Positions 1 through 12,432 of a DNA stretch of 64,000 nt are shown here, one piece after another. This DNA is from Lama guanicoe (lineage: Eukaryota). The stretch covers positions 62,001 to 126,000 of the forward strand of contig MU053653.1 in the NCBI GenBank assembly GCA_013239625.1, in the 5' to 3' direction. The notes beneath the pieces are model-generated. The model had not been told where the DNA came from, did not search any database, and worked only from the letters and a program-made list of their open reading frames with translations. Within the stretch, counting starts at the first letter, position 1. Every line of letters begins with the position of its first letter. Made by a program: the position numbers and the translations under genes.

Positions 1-538
1 AGTGAACTTGGGTAGTCTGCTCCCAGTCACAGATCAGTCCTGGAGAACTGGAACCTCAGTTGAGCTTAAGGTTGTCTGAATCCAAGCCCAACATTCTCAC
101 CACTGAAATTCTTTCTTGTGGGGCAAATAAACCCAGAAACCCAGCAAAGTTTAGTGCTTTCAGTTTTCCTCCTGGGTGGTTCTGGCTAAAATAGTTTAAT
201 CTTATCAGCTAAAATCTGGCAAGTGGTTACTTATATCTCAGTGCAGCCACCAGGAGGGAGAGAGGTCTGGGCCGCGCCTGCAGGGACTGGAATCAGAGCC
301 TCATCCCTTGGGTTCTCCCTGGGCGTGCCTGCCGCCCGAATGCAGGAATCTTTAGAGGGCCTGACCCACGGGCAGATAGTATCACATCATTTTTTTTTTC
401 CCAGCAAGGAAACAAATCTCAGGGATTTTCGCATTCTTGAGACTGATTTTTCTTTTTTAAGAGGTGGGTTGCGGGGGCACTCAGGGGGAGGGCAGGGCTT
501 AGCGGCACCCCTCTGGCTTAGGGACCAAATCAACTGAC

Positions 539-694
539 CAGATCAAGTTCCTTCTTAAGCTCCTCTTTCTGCTGATCCTTCCTGAGCTCCCAGCGGTTCT
601 TTCTCAGGCCCCTGTGCTTGCCCTTGTCATCCCCCCTGTCTGTTTTCTCCACATCGTTCCTTCCACTGAGCTCCACGGAGTAAATTTCCGTTTT
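539..694 (-). CDS. ATP12A: ATP12A (non-gastric H+/K+-ATPase alpha chain 2) coding exon 2; gene continues off the left edge
   Basis: Acceptor ctctttcag, donor gtcagt, 156 bp phase 0/0. Encodes KTEIYSVELSGRNDVEKTDRGDDKGKHRGLRKNRWELRKDQQKEELKKELDL, which matches the ATP12A N-terminus as I recall it (human MHQKTPEIYSVELSGTKDIVKTDKGDGKEKYRGLKNN...). Confidence 0.95.
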
Positions 695-1325
695 CTGAAA
701 GAGAAGGAGGTCCGAGGTGGGTTTTCTGAAGAGGCGCAGCGGGCCCACCACTTAGGGACCAACAGGGGAGGGCAGTCCTCCCCCTGTCCCTCCTCTGGAG
801 GAGTGGAGAGCGGCTCTCCGCCTCACCTGCAAACAGCAGCTCCGCGCGCCGGCCTTTCCCCTCCGGCCCTCCGCTGGAGGGCAGGCTGGGTGGGCACAGG
901 CGTCCCCCCAGGGCACCCCTCCCCGGGGTGGGGGCGTTACTTCCCTCAACTCGACAAGATCCCGCCAAGAGGTGGCAGGGTCTCCGTGTTCCCCACAGGG
1001 CTCACCACGAGTGCCCCGTTTCAAGGGTTGGGGTACCTACTGACCCCTGGAACTCAGTGGCCAAGGCGGCTTGAAGACCACAGCGCGCCGCGTAGTCGCC
1101 AGCCCAGCGCCACCCTCCGGATCGGAGCTGTCCCCGGACCCCTGGCGCCCCCTCCCCGCGTTCGGGTTCGGGTCTTTACCCGGCCAGCCCTGCGTTCCCC
1201 GCACAGGCGCTTCAGGAGAGAAGCTGAGCGGAGGTCGGGGGTGGCCGGGGGAGCGCGGAGCGGAGCGGCGCGGCCCTGCCCCTCCCCTGGCCCCGCGCGT
1301 CCGCTTCGCGCCGCGCCGCACGCAC

Positions 1326-1334
1326 CTGGCTCAT
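1326..1334 (-). CDS. ATP12A: ATP12A coding exon 1 (ATG AGC CAG = MSQ)
   Basis: cgcgccATG Kozak context, three codons, then donor gtgcgt. Phase 0 joins exon 2, and a 3-codon first exon fits ATP12A (M-x-Q|K-T). Confidence 0.9.
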
Positions 1335-1443
1335 GGCGCGGGCGGGGGCCCGGTCGGGCGGGGGTCCGGCGGCGGCCGAGGCCGGCGGCGGGGTCCTCGC
1401 TCCTCCGGCCGAGCGCCAGCCCAGCCCGGGAGGCTGCACGGCC

Positions 1444-1450
1444 TTAAATG
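1444..1450 (-). promoter_or_regulatory. ATP12A: TATA-like element CATTTAA of ATP12A
   Basis: The only AT-rich hexamer in the GC-rich core, ~110 bp upstream of the ATG and just downstream of a GC box. Confidence 0.6.
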
Positions 1451-4400
1451 CGCGGCCCCGCCCCTGCCCGCGCCGCCCGCGGCGCCCGCGGCCCCTGCGG
1501 CCTGAGCGCCGGGCGGCGCGGGGTCCCGTGGGCAGTGCAGTCCGGCCGCCCCGACCACCTGGCGCACGGAGAGCACGGGAAACCCCACCCGCTTTGCTCT
1601 CCAAAACCTAACTGCTCTCCAGGAAAGAGTTTCTAAAAAGGTGTAAGCAGAGGGGAGGTTGCAGCTGCTAGCAGCAACTAACCGCCCTCTAAGGTGTCCC
1701 GAAAGTGAAAGGCTCTCGTTGACCGAGAATGGATTTGGGCAGGGAGTGGGAGTGTCAGCGGCAATATGGGCCCGGACGACGCTCTGAGGAGCGGCTGAGT
1801 GACTTTGCAGGGTCCTGAGGACGGAGGGGCGGTGAAGTCAGCGGGCTCTGGGATGAGGCTGCCTGGAGGGCAGAACCGAAGCTTGGGGCTGCTCTGGGAG
1901 GAACACCCCATCCGCTCCCGGGATGGAGACCTCCCTCTCCAAATACTGGCCGTCTCCCCTCCTTCCCTCCCCCCTTCCCTTCTTTTCTTTCCAAAAGGGC
2001 AGCATTTGAAGTCACCCCCACCCCCCAACCGTGGAGCAGGGCAACAGCAGTGAGTCACTCCTTCACTAAGCTAAGTCACAAGGGAGTGATAGACTCTGGT
2101 GACATCTGGCTACAGTTACAGTCACCCGTTCTTTAGAGTTGGAGAAGTTACATTCTAGTCCACACTCAAGCAGCAGTGTACTTCGGAGGAGTTCTGTACA
2201 AGGATATACAAACTCTGTATGAAACTTTTGTGCCTTTTTGCTGGGAACCAAGAGAAAGGGTTTGCAGGCACAGAGTGGCTGCTGCTGCTCTGTCTTTTTG
2301 GACAGACGTTGGGTGAAGAACCAGGACGCCTGGAGAGAGGCCCCTGGGCTCCAGTCCAGTTCAAGCTTGCAGAGCAAACCCAGTGCACTGTCTTGATTAG
2401 GGGACAGGAGAGAGGGAGTTGAGGAGAGGAGTGGGCTAACGGACAGGAGATGGCACAGTTTTAAGCATTAGTAAGACATAGCAACCTCCTTGGAGAAGAT
2501 TGCTGTTAGTCTTGTTGGTGTCAAGTTTGGAAAAATCTCAGTTGTCCTGCACTGTTTGGCCCTACAGAGATCCTGGCTTCTGCCAGGTGCCAGTTTCAGC
2601 TGCTGCTGCTGTGGCCGTGCTGCCCCGGGGGCAGCCTCGGATGCCATCAGGTGTCCTGGGTGCAACTTCTGCCACTCCCCTCACACCCACCCTAACTCCA
2701 GAATTATTGCTTTCCACCACCAGTCATCCTGCAGCAGAGTCCCAGATCCCAGTGCTCCTCATGGAGAATGGCCTCCAGGTATCTGTGAAGCAGGCACCTG
2801 GGTTGGTCCTTACCTGATACAAGTGCAAACTGGATTTCCCTCGGAAACATTGACCCACCTCTTGTAGGCCCCAGGGGCTCTCTCCTGTGCTGTTCTGGGC
2901 AGGGACCCTGATCTCCACCCAGTTCTGGGGACCTCTCTTGGGCTGGCTGGAAAGGCCAAGGTACAAACCGGACACCTCCCCTGCCTGAGACTGCAGTAGC
3001 AGCTTCTATGGAAGCTGGATTTTCCCATCTTTGAAAAGAAGCTTAGCCATACTGTCTCTGCTAGGACTGCTCTAAGTGACAGATGCTACATGTTCGATAG
3101 GCTGTCATCATATATGTAACTATTCCTAGCTCATATTAATCAATTAAAACACTTTATGTATTTGAAACTGCACTAGACTTAGGGGTGGTAGGGAGAAATG
3201 GCACTAATATTGTGTCAGAGGAAGGTACACTTGAGTTAAAGAGGCAAAATTAGTTAGTAAATGATAGTAAATGACCCAAGACAGAATGGAATTTAGCAGT
3301 AAGTGGTACAGACTCTAAGTGCTTTCAGAGGTGAAAGGAAAGATGGGGAGAGATGTTAACACTTAGAATTCATCATCTAGATTTGTTTCCATCCCTTAGT
3401 GGCCTCCGTGAAAGGTGGGCGTTGGGCCTGTGCTTGTCAGTTACTCCTCCTGGTGCCTGAGCGGCCCCTCCTGCTGCAGCCCCTCGGTGACAGGTTATCC
3501 ACAGCAGGCTCCCCAGGCAGACGAGAGCGTGTCAAATCGGAGAAGAGGATCCAGGCGACAGTGGGAAGAGGAAGATTCACTTCCTGCCTCGTAGCCCCCG
3601 CCCTTCCTCTTCGCTCCTCTCCGCACATGCCATCCCACACACCTGTATCGCTCATCCTACCAGGTTATGACGAGGCAGCATTTCTCCATCCGTGAGGGCC
3701 CCTCCCGGGAGTTGGAGGCAGAATGAAAAACAAAAACAAAACTGCTTCAGTCAAGCACGCCTCTGCACTGTTTCCTCATTTCTTCATTCACAGGGATGTC
3801 TGGACATCCCATGGAGAGGAATCTGGCTTCCAGAAACCAGCACCTGCGCCTGCTGACGCCCTGCCTGCTGGAGCCCAGGGCCAGGTGGGCAGGCGCGTCC
3901 AGGGATTGCAGGGGCTCAGGTGGGCCCCGGGGTGGCCACAGGTGTGTTTCCTTTCCCCCAAAGGTTAGCGCACGGCCGCCTTTGTTCTCTGTGACTTATT
4001 TTGGGTAATAAGATCCTTTTTCAGAAAATTAGTTTTCCAGGTAATAAGTGATTGAAAAATATTGATTGCATTCTGAGGTCTTTGATTTTTGTTTTTTAAT
4101 CTTAGGGCGAAAGCAGATTTTTCCCACTGGAGTCACCCTCAGCTTTATCATGGATGGGTGCACGTGTAATGTGCGACCCATGACATGGAAGCTTCCTTCA
4201 CACAAATGTGTTTGGTTGACTTTGCAGGAGTCTGTCCCTTCTCCTGAGCGAGCTGATACCCTGCTAGTCACCAGCTCCCTCGGCCTTCAGAGTCGGGGAG
4301 CCAAGTGCAGACACTCGGATTTGTATTTACTCCTGAAGTGTTTATGGGAGACTGCAATCTGAATGTGGCAGTGCCCGGGCCCTTCGTCTGGCAGAGCTCC

Positions 4401-6223
4401 CCTGGGGGAGGAGGTGATGCATCACCCAGGTTAGAGCACCGACACAGACAGGAGAGGTGCCTGCCCTGGGCCGGTGGGCAGGCACGTTACCGAACAGCCG
4501 AGGAAGAAGTGCGCTCGGGGCAGGGAAGGTGGGCGCTTCCTTGGGTGTGTCGGGGGCAGGTGCATTTGGAAGGCGGGGTAACCGGGCACAAGCAGGAGGA
4601 GAGAGAGGAGGGCACTGGCTCCTGCAGAGACATGGCCCAGGGCGTTTTGGGGGGGAGCCCAGGGCTGGCAGGACGGTCCTCTCAGGGAGTAGCGGGAGGT
4701 CCAGGGTCAAGGTGGGCTGTGCGGGGGCAGGGCTCCATCCCTCCATGGGCTGAGGGAGCCCTTGAGGATGAGAGTGTCATAAAGGAAACAGCATCTTGGG
4801 GAGATGAGAGGTTCTGGAGCAGAAGCTGAGGCTCACCTCACCATGAGGCTTGCAGCTGTCCCAGCGTGGATTTGAACCAAGCTCCCTTCTTGCTGGGCGC
4901 TAGTAAGCCAGCGGAGCGCCAGCGAGGTGTCGTGCATGTGCTTTAGCAGCCAGCGCCCTGAGCATGTCTAGTCCCTGAGCTGCTACTAATTTGGATACAA
5001 CGTATTTGTTCTCTTAAGAGCCTTTGAAATGAAACAAGGAAAGGAAGGGCAAACAATGGTCACCTAGTCTGATTTAGAGGAGTTTCTAGGCTCCTTGCTG
5101 TGTGCCCCATATATGTACATGTACCCTGTGTTTCCAGGGTGAACAGAGCTGTTCTGAGAGCTGTGGTGTGTGTGGGGCGGGGAGCCCTAAGAGACGCAGT
5201 CCACCTCATCCTTCATCTGCAAGGATCAGCTTCAGTCTGCAATAGTGATGAGGGGCTGTCCTCCTTGACGATGATCCACATTAACCAAAACAGCGTTTGG
5301 CCTCTTCCCAGGGATGTTAGGAGAACTGTGCGCAACCCCCAGTTTCACGCCTGGCCTGGCCCTGTGAGACACCAGGTGCAGTTTTGGGGTGAGAGGAAGG
5401 ACCTGGTCCTCGTGGAGTCAGTGTTCCCTGTAAGGCAGGCACATGTAACAGCACTTCACTATCTCGGCCATCTCTTCTCTCTGATGTACTTTAAATAATT
5501 GTCTGTGATGACCAACATCTCAACATGAAGTAGGTTTGTCTAACTCTATGGACATATCTGTCCTGGGATCAGCACTTCAAAATTCCAAAAATTTACTCTA
5601 GAAGCAAATGGGGAAGAAAAAATAGAAAGAGAGGGAACACAGCCCAAATCCCTGGTCTCCTTCACAGCAGGGCCCGAGTTAGCTCTTGTTGATCCAGAAA
5701 GGGGTGCCGCAGAGGGCCGTTCAGCACCCAGACCAGGGTTCAGACCATGGCTAGAGGGGAGGCATTTTGTACATAAACCGAGGAAATAAAAACCAGTCAA
5801 GGAACTGAAAAGCTGTCTTCAAGGGACAATCAGTAGAAAACCATCGGCTGCTTGGCTACATGTTCTCCTGGTAAGTTCTCTGAAGAGGTGAGTGGGTAGT
5901 TGAGGTTCTGAGGTTGTATCTGCCGTGGCCCACGGGGGCGGGAAGGGGTCAGATCTGCCCAGCCAAGTGCTCTAGGGCCCCAGGAGAAGCGAGGAGGCAG
6001 GACGAATGAGGCAGGTTCACAGAGGTCCTCCTGTGCGGCCAGCATGTCCCCGGGGAAGCAGCCGGGGCAGCTGGGGCAGCCTCTGTTGATGGACCGGCCA
6101 CCAGCATCACAGCCTGCGAAGCATCTCGATGGGGCTGGCTGCCGCCTCAGGTCAGCTGCACCAGCTTCCAGCCTTCCTAGACCTGGCTCTGACCTTTCTC
6201 CTCTGTCTCTCCTCCCTCCCTCC

Positions 6224-6400
6224 CAGAGTTGTCAGATAAGATACAGCCTCCTGCTAGAGCTGCATTTCGGAGAAACAGTGAATAATTTCTTAGTATGTCT
6301 CACATATCGCATATGATATACTTATACTAAAAAAAAACTATTCATTGTTTAGCTAAAATGCAAATTTCACTGCATGCTATTTGTTAACATGGCCAGCCTT
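6224..6400. mobile_element. Old hAT-type MITE fragment (MER53-like)
   Basis: tacttatactaaaaaa...tattcattgtttagctaaaatgcaaatttcactg resembles the MER53 consensus as recalled. Confidence 0.5.
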
Positions 6401-7887
6401 GCTCCCTCTAGGTGGCTGGGGGTCTTTTACTGCTTGTCAGCAGACACATCTGGGGACACTAGCCCACGCTCTATGGGTCTTCTCATTGCTAGGCCAAAGA
6501 TGAAAAGAAAAACACGCTCAACTTTCTCTTCTTGCTGTGCCAGTTCCTCCCAAGAGCCGGGTTTGTCTTAAGATAGACAGCGTGAATGAGCGTGGAAGTC
6601 AGTTTTTTTTAAATCAAATATTTCTTCAGCCAGAAAATTCTTACACTGTGTGGAAGTCACAGTCCTGGATCTGAGACGAGCACTGAGGGATTGTCTGTTT
6701 CAGAGGCAACCAGCAGAGGGGGCACACTCCACAACGAGTCAGGATCCCCGGGTGAGAGGATCACCTTCACGGCCACCTGTGGTCACTCGGGCACCAAGAA
6801 TTTATAGAGCACCTGCAGGCACGGCTACCTCGTGCCAAATACTTCATCTCTGACTGAACAAAGGACAACTTGGTAGGAGACAAGCCCCAAACAAACCAGT
6901 GAAAAAAAGAAACAACAGCAAAAAAACTCCAGTGATAATTACCACAGGAGGCAGTGAACTGCAGCGTTTCTTCAGGACAAACGGGCTGCGGAAGCTTCCC
7001 TCCTCCTCGGGCTGGACGGGGTCTGGAGACACCGCGTCCACCTCGAGACTCGCGGTCTCCCTGAGGCGGCTGTTCTCCGGGAGCAGCCCGCCTCCTGCTC
7101 TACCTCCTCCGTATGGCGCCGGCGTCACACTGCGGCGCAGAATCAGCCTCCCCAAATACGTCTCTTTGGGATGCTAATTGCTTTAAGCTGTCTGTTTCCT
7201 GAGAAACAGCAGAGATGGGAAAAACTCTGAAAACCAGGTGGGAGTCACTGTTTTGTAAGAAGCATTTACGTTTGCAAGGGAAACTTCCTCTTGTAAGGGT
7301 GTCTCCCGCCTTGTACCAGGAAGAGGATGATGACCAAATCTAGAAAGGTGTCAGTGGGGAGAACAAAGGCTTGAAAATGTCTAACAACCTCACCCTTGTT
7401 TTGTGTGCTTTTCTGGGTCACGGACTCCCCACCCTCAACGTCCTCTCTGGTCCTTGGCTGAGGACGGTATTTGAGGCGAGGGCTTCGTCCATTTTGGTGC
7501 AGTGCTCCTGGGTCTTCCGTGTGTACGCGTTGTTAGGCTTTTGTTTGATTTTCTCCTGTTAGTCGTTCTCCTGTCACCTTGATTCTGGATCAGCCAGAAC
7601 CTAGAAGGCTGGAGGAAGACTTCTCAACGGCAGTATTGGCCCGGCGGTCCCGCATGGCTTCGCCTCGTTTGTCTCCTCGCCAGGGAAGCGAGCTCTCTGC
7701 TGCTGAGCCACGGACCTTCTCCAGGGTCTCAGACACAGCCGTGGGGCCCGGCGTGGAGCAGGGGCCTCCAAGTCTCAATTCCCTTGGAGAAATGAAAGAC
7801 GACTGTGAAAATATCATTTTAAAAGATCACACAAATCTCACTTCATCACCCTTGATTTTATTTTGATTTCTTTCTTTCTTTTAAAAA

Positions 7888-7968
7888 ATCTTTTTCACAT
7901 GGAGGAACTGGGAATCAAACCAGGTACCATGCTCAGCATGCTCTCCACCAACTGAGCCCCACCTCACC
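7888..7968 (-). mobile_element. tRNA-derived SINE, Vic-1-like (camelid)
   Basis: Minus strand reads ggtgaggtggggctcagttggtggagagcatgctgagcatg...ctggtttgattcccagttcctccat with an A-rich tail; Pol III A/B-box remnants. Confidence 0.65.
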
Positions 7969-8282
7969 CTTGACTTCAGTAACTGACTCTTGCAATTAAG
8001 AAAACCTTTCTTATAAACTCCTTAAAAAATTCATTTTGCAGTTGTTTATTTCTAGATGTAAGGGGGTCCCGATGAAACAGGAAAAAATTCATTGTTTTGT
8101 GAAACCTAAAACATGAAAGTAGGTATTTCTTTCCAGCTTGAGAGAGAAACTTGATGATCTCTTCATAAATAGTGCTGAGCTGAGCCTGCAGCCCTGAGTC
8201 CTACTGCTCCCGTTTGCTGGCTGCATTTGTTGGACCAGACGTCTAACATTCCTATGATGAGAGACAGTGTCGGAGTTGAGGT

Positions 8283-8425
8283 CAGTGGTTCCCAAACCTG
8301 GCTGATCACAGAATCTCCTGGGAGCTTGAAAACCTCCCTGGACCCCACACCCACATAAGTCTGGGGTAAGTCCTGCGGGCCTCCCAGGTGATTCTCCTGA
8401 ACCAGTGGGCTTGAGATGATGTCTG
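8283..8425. mobile_element. MER5A-like hAT-Charlie MITE
   Basis: cagtggttcccaaacctggctg...cagaatctcctgggagctt...ctcccaggtgattct signature. Confidence 0.6.
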
Positions 8426-9954
8426 GACACCAGAGAGTGATGTCAGTGGTCTGGTGTGAGCAGAGGTTGGACGGCTTCCCCAGGTGATGCTGGTATACAG
8501 CCAAGGTCAAGGTCAAGGGCCCTGGCTCTTTAAGGTCCCTTTGATTCTAACTCTTCACGGTCTGAGAACACTTCCATTGTCTTTGTAAGTACTTATGGGG
8601 CAGTTTTATCGCATTTAATTAAAATGGGTGTTAGACCCTTGCAGCTCAGATTTGCGTATTGAAGGGCAAGTGTCTCATAGCCGCCTCCTGGCATAGGGCT
8701 GCCCCTGTTCACAGAAGGAAGGGGTGTGGAGTGCAGGCGAGTTGGCACAAGCCAGCTGCCCCTCTGCAGGGTGGCCAGACGTGCACGCATTGTAGCCTTG
8801 TGCCGGCTCTGGCTGTGTGTCCGTGACACTGCATAGAGCTTTTCATACACAGGGATGTGGGTTCATTCTACAAACAACACTGAATTGTGATGACCCCAAA
8901 GTACCCACATTTCAGCTTATTTCTATATTTTTAAATGTAACTGATGTGTGTGTTTACACAGGGCAGAGGAACCCATTGCAAGCATGAGAGGGCTTCCAGC
9001 CTGAGCCTAGATTGTGTCCAAATTTAGGACCTGCCTGGGCATGCCTGGCTCACTGCAGAGCAGGCTGGATGGAGGGTGGAAGTGCCTCCTTCCAGAAAGT
9101 AAGACGAGGCACACAAATGTGGGTCCAGCACAGAAACTTCAGTCACTGGAAAGCCTGTGTGCACTGTCATTCCCTTTGGTCTCACGGTCCAGCTCACAGA
9201 CGAACGAGGGTGGTGAGTCTGCTTCATGGACTCTGTAAACGTGGAGGTTCAGCCCCTGCGGGCTGTGAGCACGGACAGTGGCAATGCCTCGTGGAGACTG
9301 TGGTTCAGCAGGAACTTGCAGGAAGTGGAGACAAACCCTGGGGTCTGGTGGATGGAGAGCTGGCTTAGAGTGACCAGGGCTGGAGCTGGGGAAGGCAAGG
9401 AGGGACTTGACCTCTCCTGGCATCCCAGGCTGCTGGAGGGCTTTGGGTTGGACAGGAATGAGGGCTGACAGAACACGGCTCACATCCTGATGCCTGGAGA
9501 CCCAGCCAGGGACCTGGGCACCTGTGGTCTTTTCAGGAGATTGTCCAACTCAGTTCAGCAAATGCCAGGCTTTGTCGCTTGTTCCCCACGCCTCAGTAGT
9601 AGAGTGTGTGTCGGAGCTGGTCCGTCTGCAGTGGAAGTGCCATTAGCTGGGCCGCGACAGGCTGTTGGATCTCCAGTATGCCTGCCCCTTCCCACGGGGT
9701 GGCTGTGGACACGCGGTGACCCAGAGGCACCTTTCTTCCCCCTCTTTCCCTCGCTGCATGGCAGGGAAGGGGCTGGGGTTGGGCTCAGACCAGGGGAGCC
9801 GGACCCTGGGCTGTGCTGTGGAGCCTCTGCCTTTCCACAGGGCTCAGTGATGCTGCCATGAAAGGCCTGCCACATGGAAGCCAGAAAGCTGTTCTCAGTT
9901 CACCCACCCCATCTTGCTTCTGAGGTAACTTTTCAGCTCCTAGAAAATTCTGAC

Positions 9955-10375
9955 TGGAGCTCTGTGGTTTCATGTGTCAGCTTGGTTAGGCCATGCTGCC
10001 CAGATTTTGGTCAAACACCAGTATAGATGTTGCTGTGAAGTTATGTTTCAAAGATGTGATTGACAGTTAAATCAATGCCCTTGGAGTAAAGTAGATTACC
10101 TCCCATAATGTGGGTGGGCCTCATCCAATCAGTTGAAGGACTTAACCCACGAACAGACCGAGGTCCCTCAAGGAGGAGGGGATTCTGCCTCCAGACAGCC
10201 TTTGGACTCCAGCTGCCACACCAGCTCTTCTCTGCATCTCCAGCTTGCTGGCCTGTCCTGCAGATTTTGTACTTGCCTACTCCCACAATTGTGTGAGCAA
10301 TTTCCTTGAAATAAATCTCTCCCTATTTAAACATCCTATTGGTTCTGTGTCTCTGGGGAATCCTGAGCTAATGCA
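9955..10375 (+). mobile_element. MLT2-type (ERVL) solo LTR
   Basis: tttcatgtgtcagcttggttaggccatg...gtcaaacaccagtatagatgttgctgtgaag...aatgtgggtgggcctcatccaatcagttgaagg...catcctattggttctgtgtctctggggaatcct. Confidence 0.85.
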
Positions 10376-12065
10376 AACTCCTTAAGTTCATCAGGCCAGC
10401 AAACCTCACAGAGAACTTTTAGCACATAGAAAAGAAATCAAATGCCAAAGGCAGTTTCAGTCATTTGCCTGTACCCTAAAGGAGGCTTGTGTGATCAGTT
10501 GCCTTTTAGAAGGAGGTTTACAGGAAAAAGCAACTGATGCTATGTATGTTGTGTAACCAGATACTATCATCACCTGCTCCAGTTTCATAAGCCCTGTGCT
10601 AGAACCAGATCTCCTTGTGGTTTGTTCTGAGGCCATTTTACTAACCGTGGGATGTCGGGGTAGCAGCAGGGAGGCTGACAATGAACAGTCAGCCGCAAGG
10701 GAGGGAAGCATGGAGCAGAGCCTCTGGTCTTGAATGATTCAAGAGCCTGCAATGAAGTGATTTGAATTCTTAGTTTTCCTAAGAACTCATAGAGGCAAAG
10801 CTACTTCTGCTAAATTTTATCTTGGTTACAAGCTCTGTTTTCAAAGGCAACTTGTAAACTGTTTCTATAAAAGAAAAGGCAATAGGGCATTCAGGACCAT
10901 TCTGGTGGATTTGATCAGTACAGACATCAAGTCTGCAGCTGACAGGATCACCCAGATTTGGAGGTTTGGGAAAGATCCAACCAATTTCCCAAACGCCCTT
11001 GTTTTCTTGGCCCCTTTGGTCTCAGCCATGTAGACTCAGATTACGCAGCTCTGACGATTAATCCTGAGAAGGGGATATGCAGAAAGGTGATTTCCTGAGG
11101 ATTCTGTTTATCCGTGGTTCCCCAAACGTGTGCAGTGGAGTCTTAGTCCTGCAACACAGTCTCAAGGGCAAACACATTCACCAGTGTTTTGTATGGTGCA
11201 CTTTTCGTCCATGGAGAGTTACTATGCTGTTAGCATATAAATGTGCTAGGACACCGCTAACCTCCATCAGAGGGGCATTTCCTGGGATAGAAAACCTAAT
11301 TTTATAGGGTCCTGGTAAATCAGAAGGAAGAGGCTGATTTGCCTAAGCACAGTTAACAGCGGTAAGTACACCGTCACCAACAGCAGACTTGAACCCTGCG
11401 TCATGGGAACACGTCCTTCCTTCCCTTCCCAAGTCTGAGAACTTCATGGACCCAGCTGGCTCCTGGAGCTCTCCGGGGACTTGGTCCCATGTACAAGCAT
11501 GGAAGCTGAGGTAAGACCCTCCTTTCACCTCTGCCAGGTGCCGAGCAGGGCAGGTGTTGTGCAGCATCTACAATGGGCTTGGTGATTTGGAAGTATGAAG
11601 CAGTGATAGGAATGGTTTTATTCAAAAGCCTTAAAAATAACTTGCATAAATATGTCCACAGTAGTAGATTTCTGAACGGCAAATATTTGGAGCTATTCAA
11701 ATGGCAAAAAAAGGGGCCACGACTTAACATTATAGCATGTTACCACAAATGAATGTTGTGAATTAATTGGAAAAAATGACTATCATGTAGAAAATGTCAA
11801 TAAAAGGAGATGCCTAAATGAAATAAAATTAGATGAAAATAGCAGAAAATAAGTTATATGCACACTGATTACATTGTATGGAATTATATGTATGCATGTT
11901 AGCAAATCTGAGAGAATTTGAATGAGGTTGGTAGTTTAGGATTTAATATTCATTGGGTTCTTTTTCACACAACTGCTCAAGTTCCTGTAAGACAGCAGGC
12001 TGTCCCCCAGGTCTGTGACTTGGGGCCACCATGTCTCACGCCTGGGGCTTGGTGAGGACAAGCCC

Positions 12066-12432
12066 ACGTGAGGGTCAGTTTGATGTGTCCTCTTGGCAGA
12101 GCTGCACCCCAGTTATTCAATCTAGCACCCTTCTGGGCAGTCTTGTGAGGTATTTTGAAGAGGTGACTGAAATCTATAGTCAGCTGACTTTAGGCACGGG
12201 GGATTGTCCTGGAGAATCTGGGTGGGCCCCACCAGACAGATGAAAGGCCTTTTGAGCAGAGTGGAGGCTTCCCTGACGATGACATTCCACCTCATGGACG
12301 CTAGCCCCGCTTCCTGCTGGCCTTCAGATTTGCCTTCCCAGCCCCCACAATGTTGTAAAGCAATTCTGTGCAATCAGTCTCTTATCTGTCTCCTGTTGGT
12401 TTTGTCTCTCTGGCTCAAATTGGACTGGTAGG
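12066..12432 (+). mobile_element. Older MLT2-type (ERVL) LTR
   Basis: Same MLT2 layout but more diverged (tgatgtgtcctcttggc...gggtgggccccaccagacagatgaaaggcctt...ctcctgttggttttgtctctctg). Confidence 0.65.

Larger units (their letters stand above)
780..1950. promoter_or_regulatory. ATP12A: CpG island spanning the ATP12A promoter, exon 1 and intron 1
   Basis: Very GC- and CpG-dense; GC boxes such as ccccgcccc at 1456-1464; surrounds the start codon. Confidence 0.9.

Noticed and set aside
530..751. Possible N-terminally extended ATP12A isoform starting in intron 1 (like rabbit HKalpha2c)
   Set aside because: The frame upstream of exon 2 has no ATG and is closed by TAA at 752-754; the ORF-track start is a GTG.
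614..1636. Long overlapping Pro/Arg/Gly-rich ORFs on both strands
   Set aside because: Artefact of stop-poor CpG-island composition; no recognisable domain.
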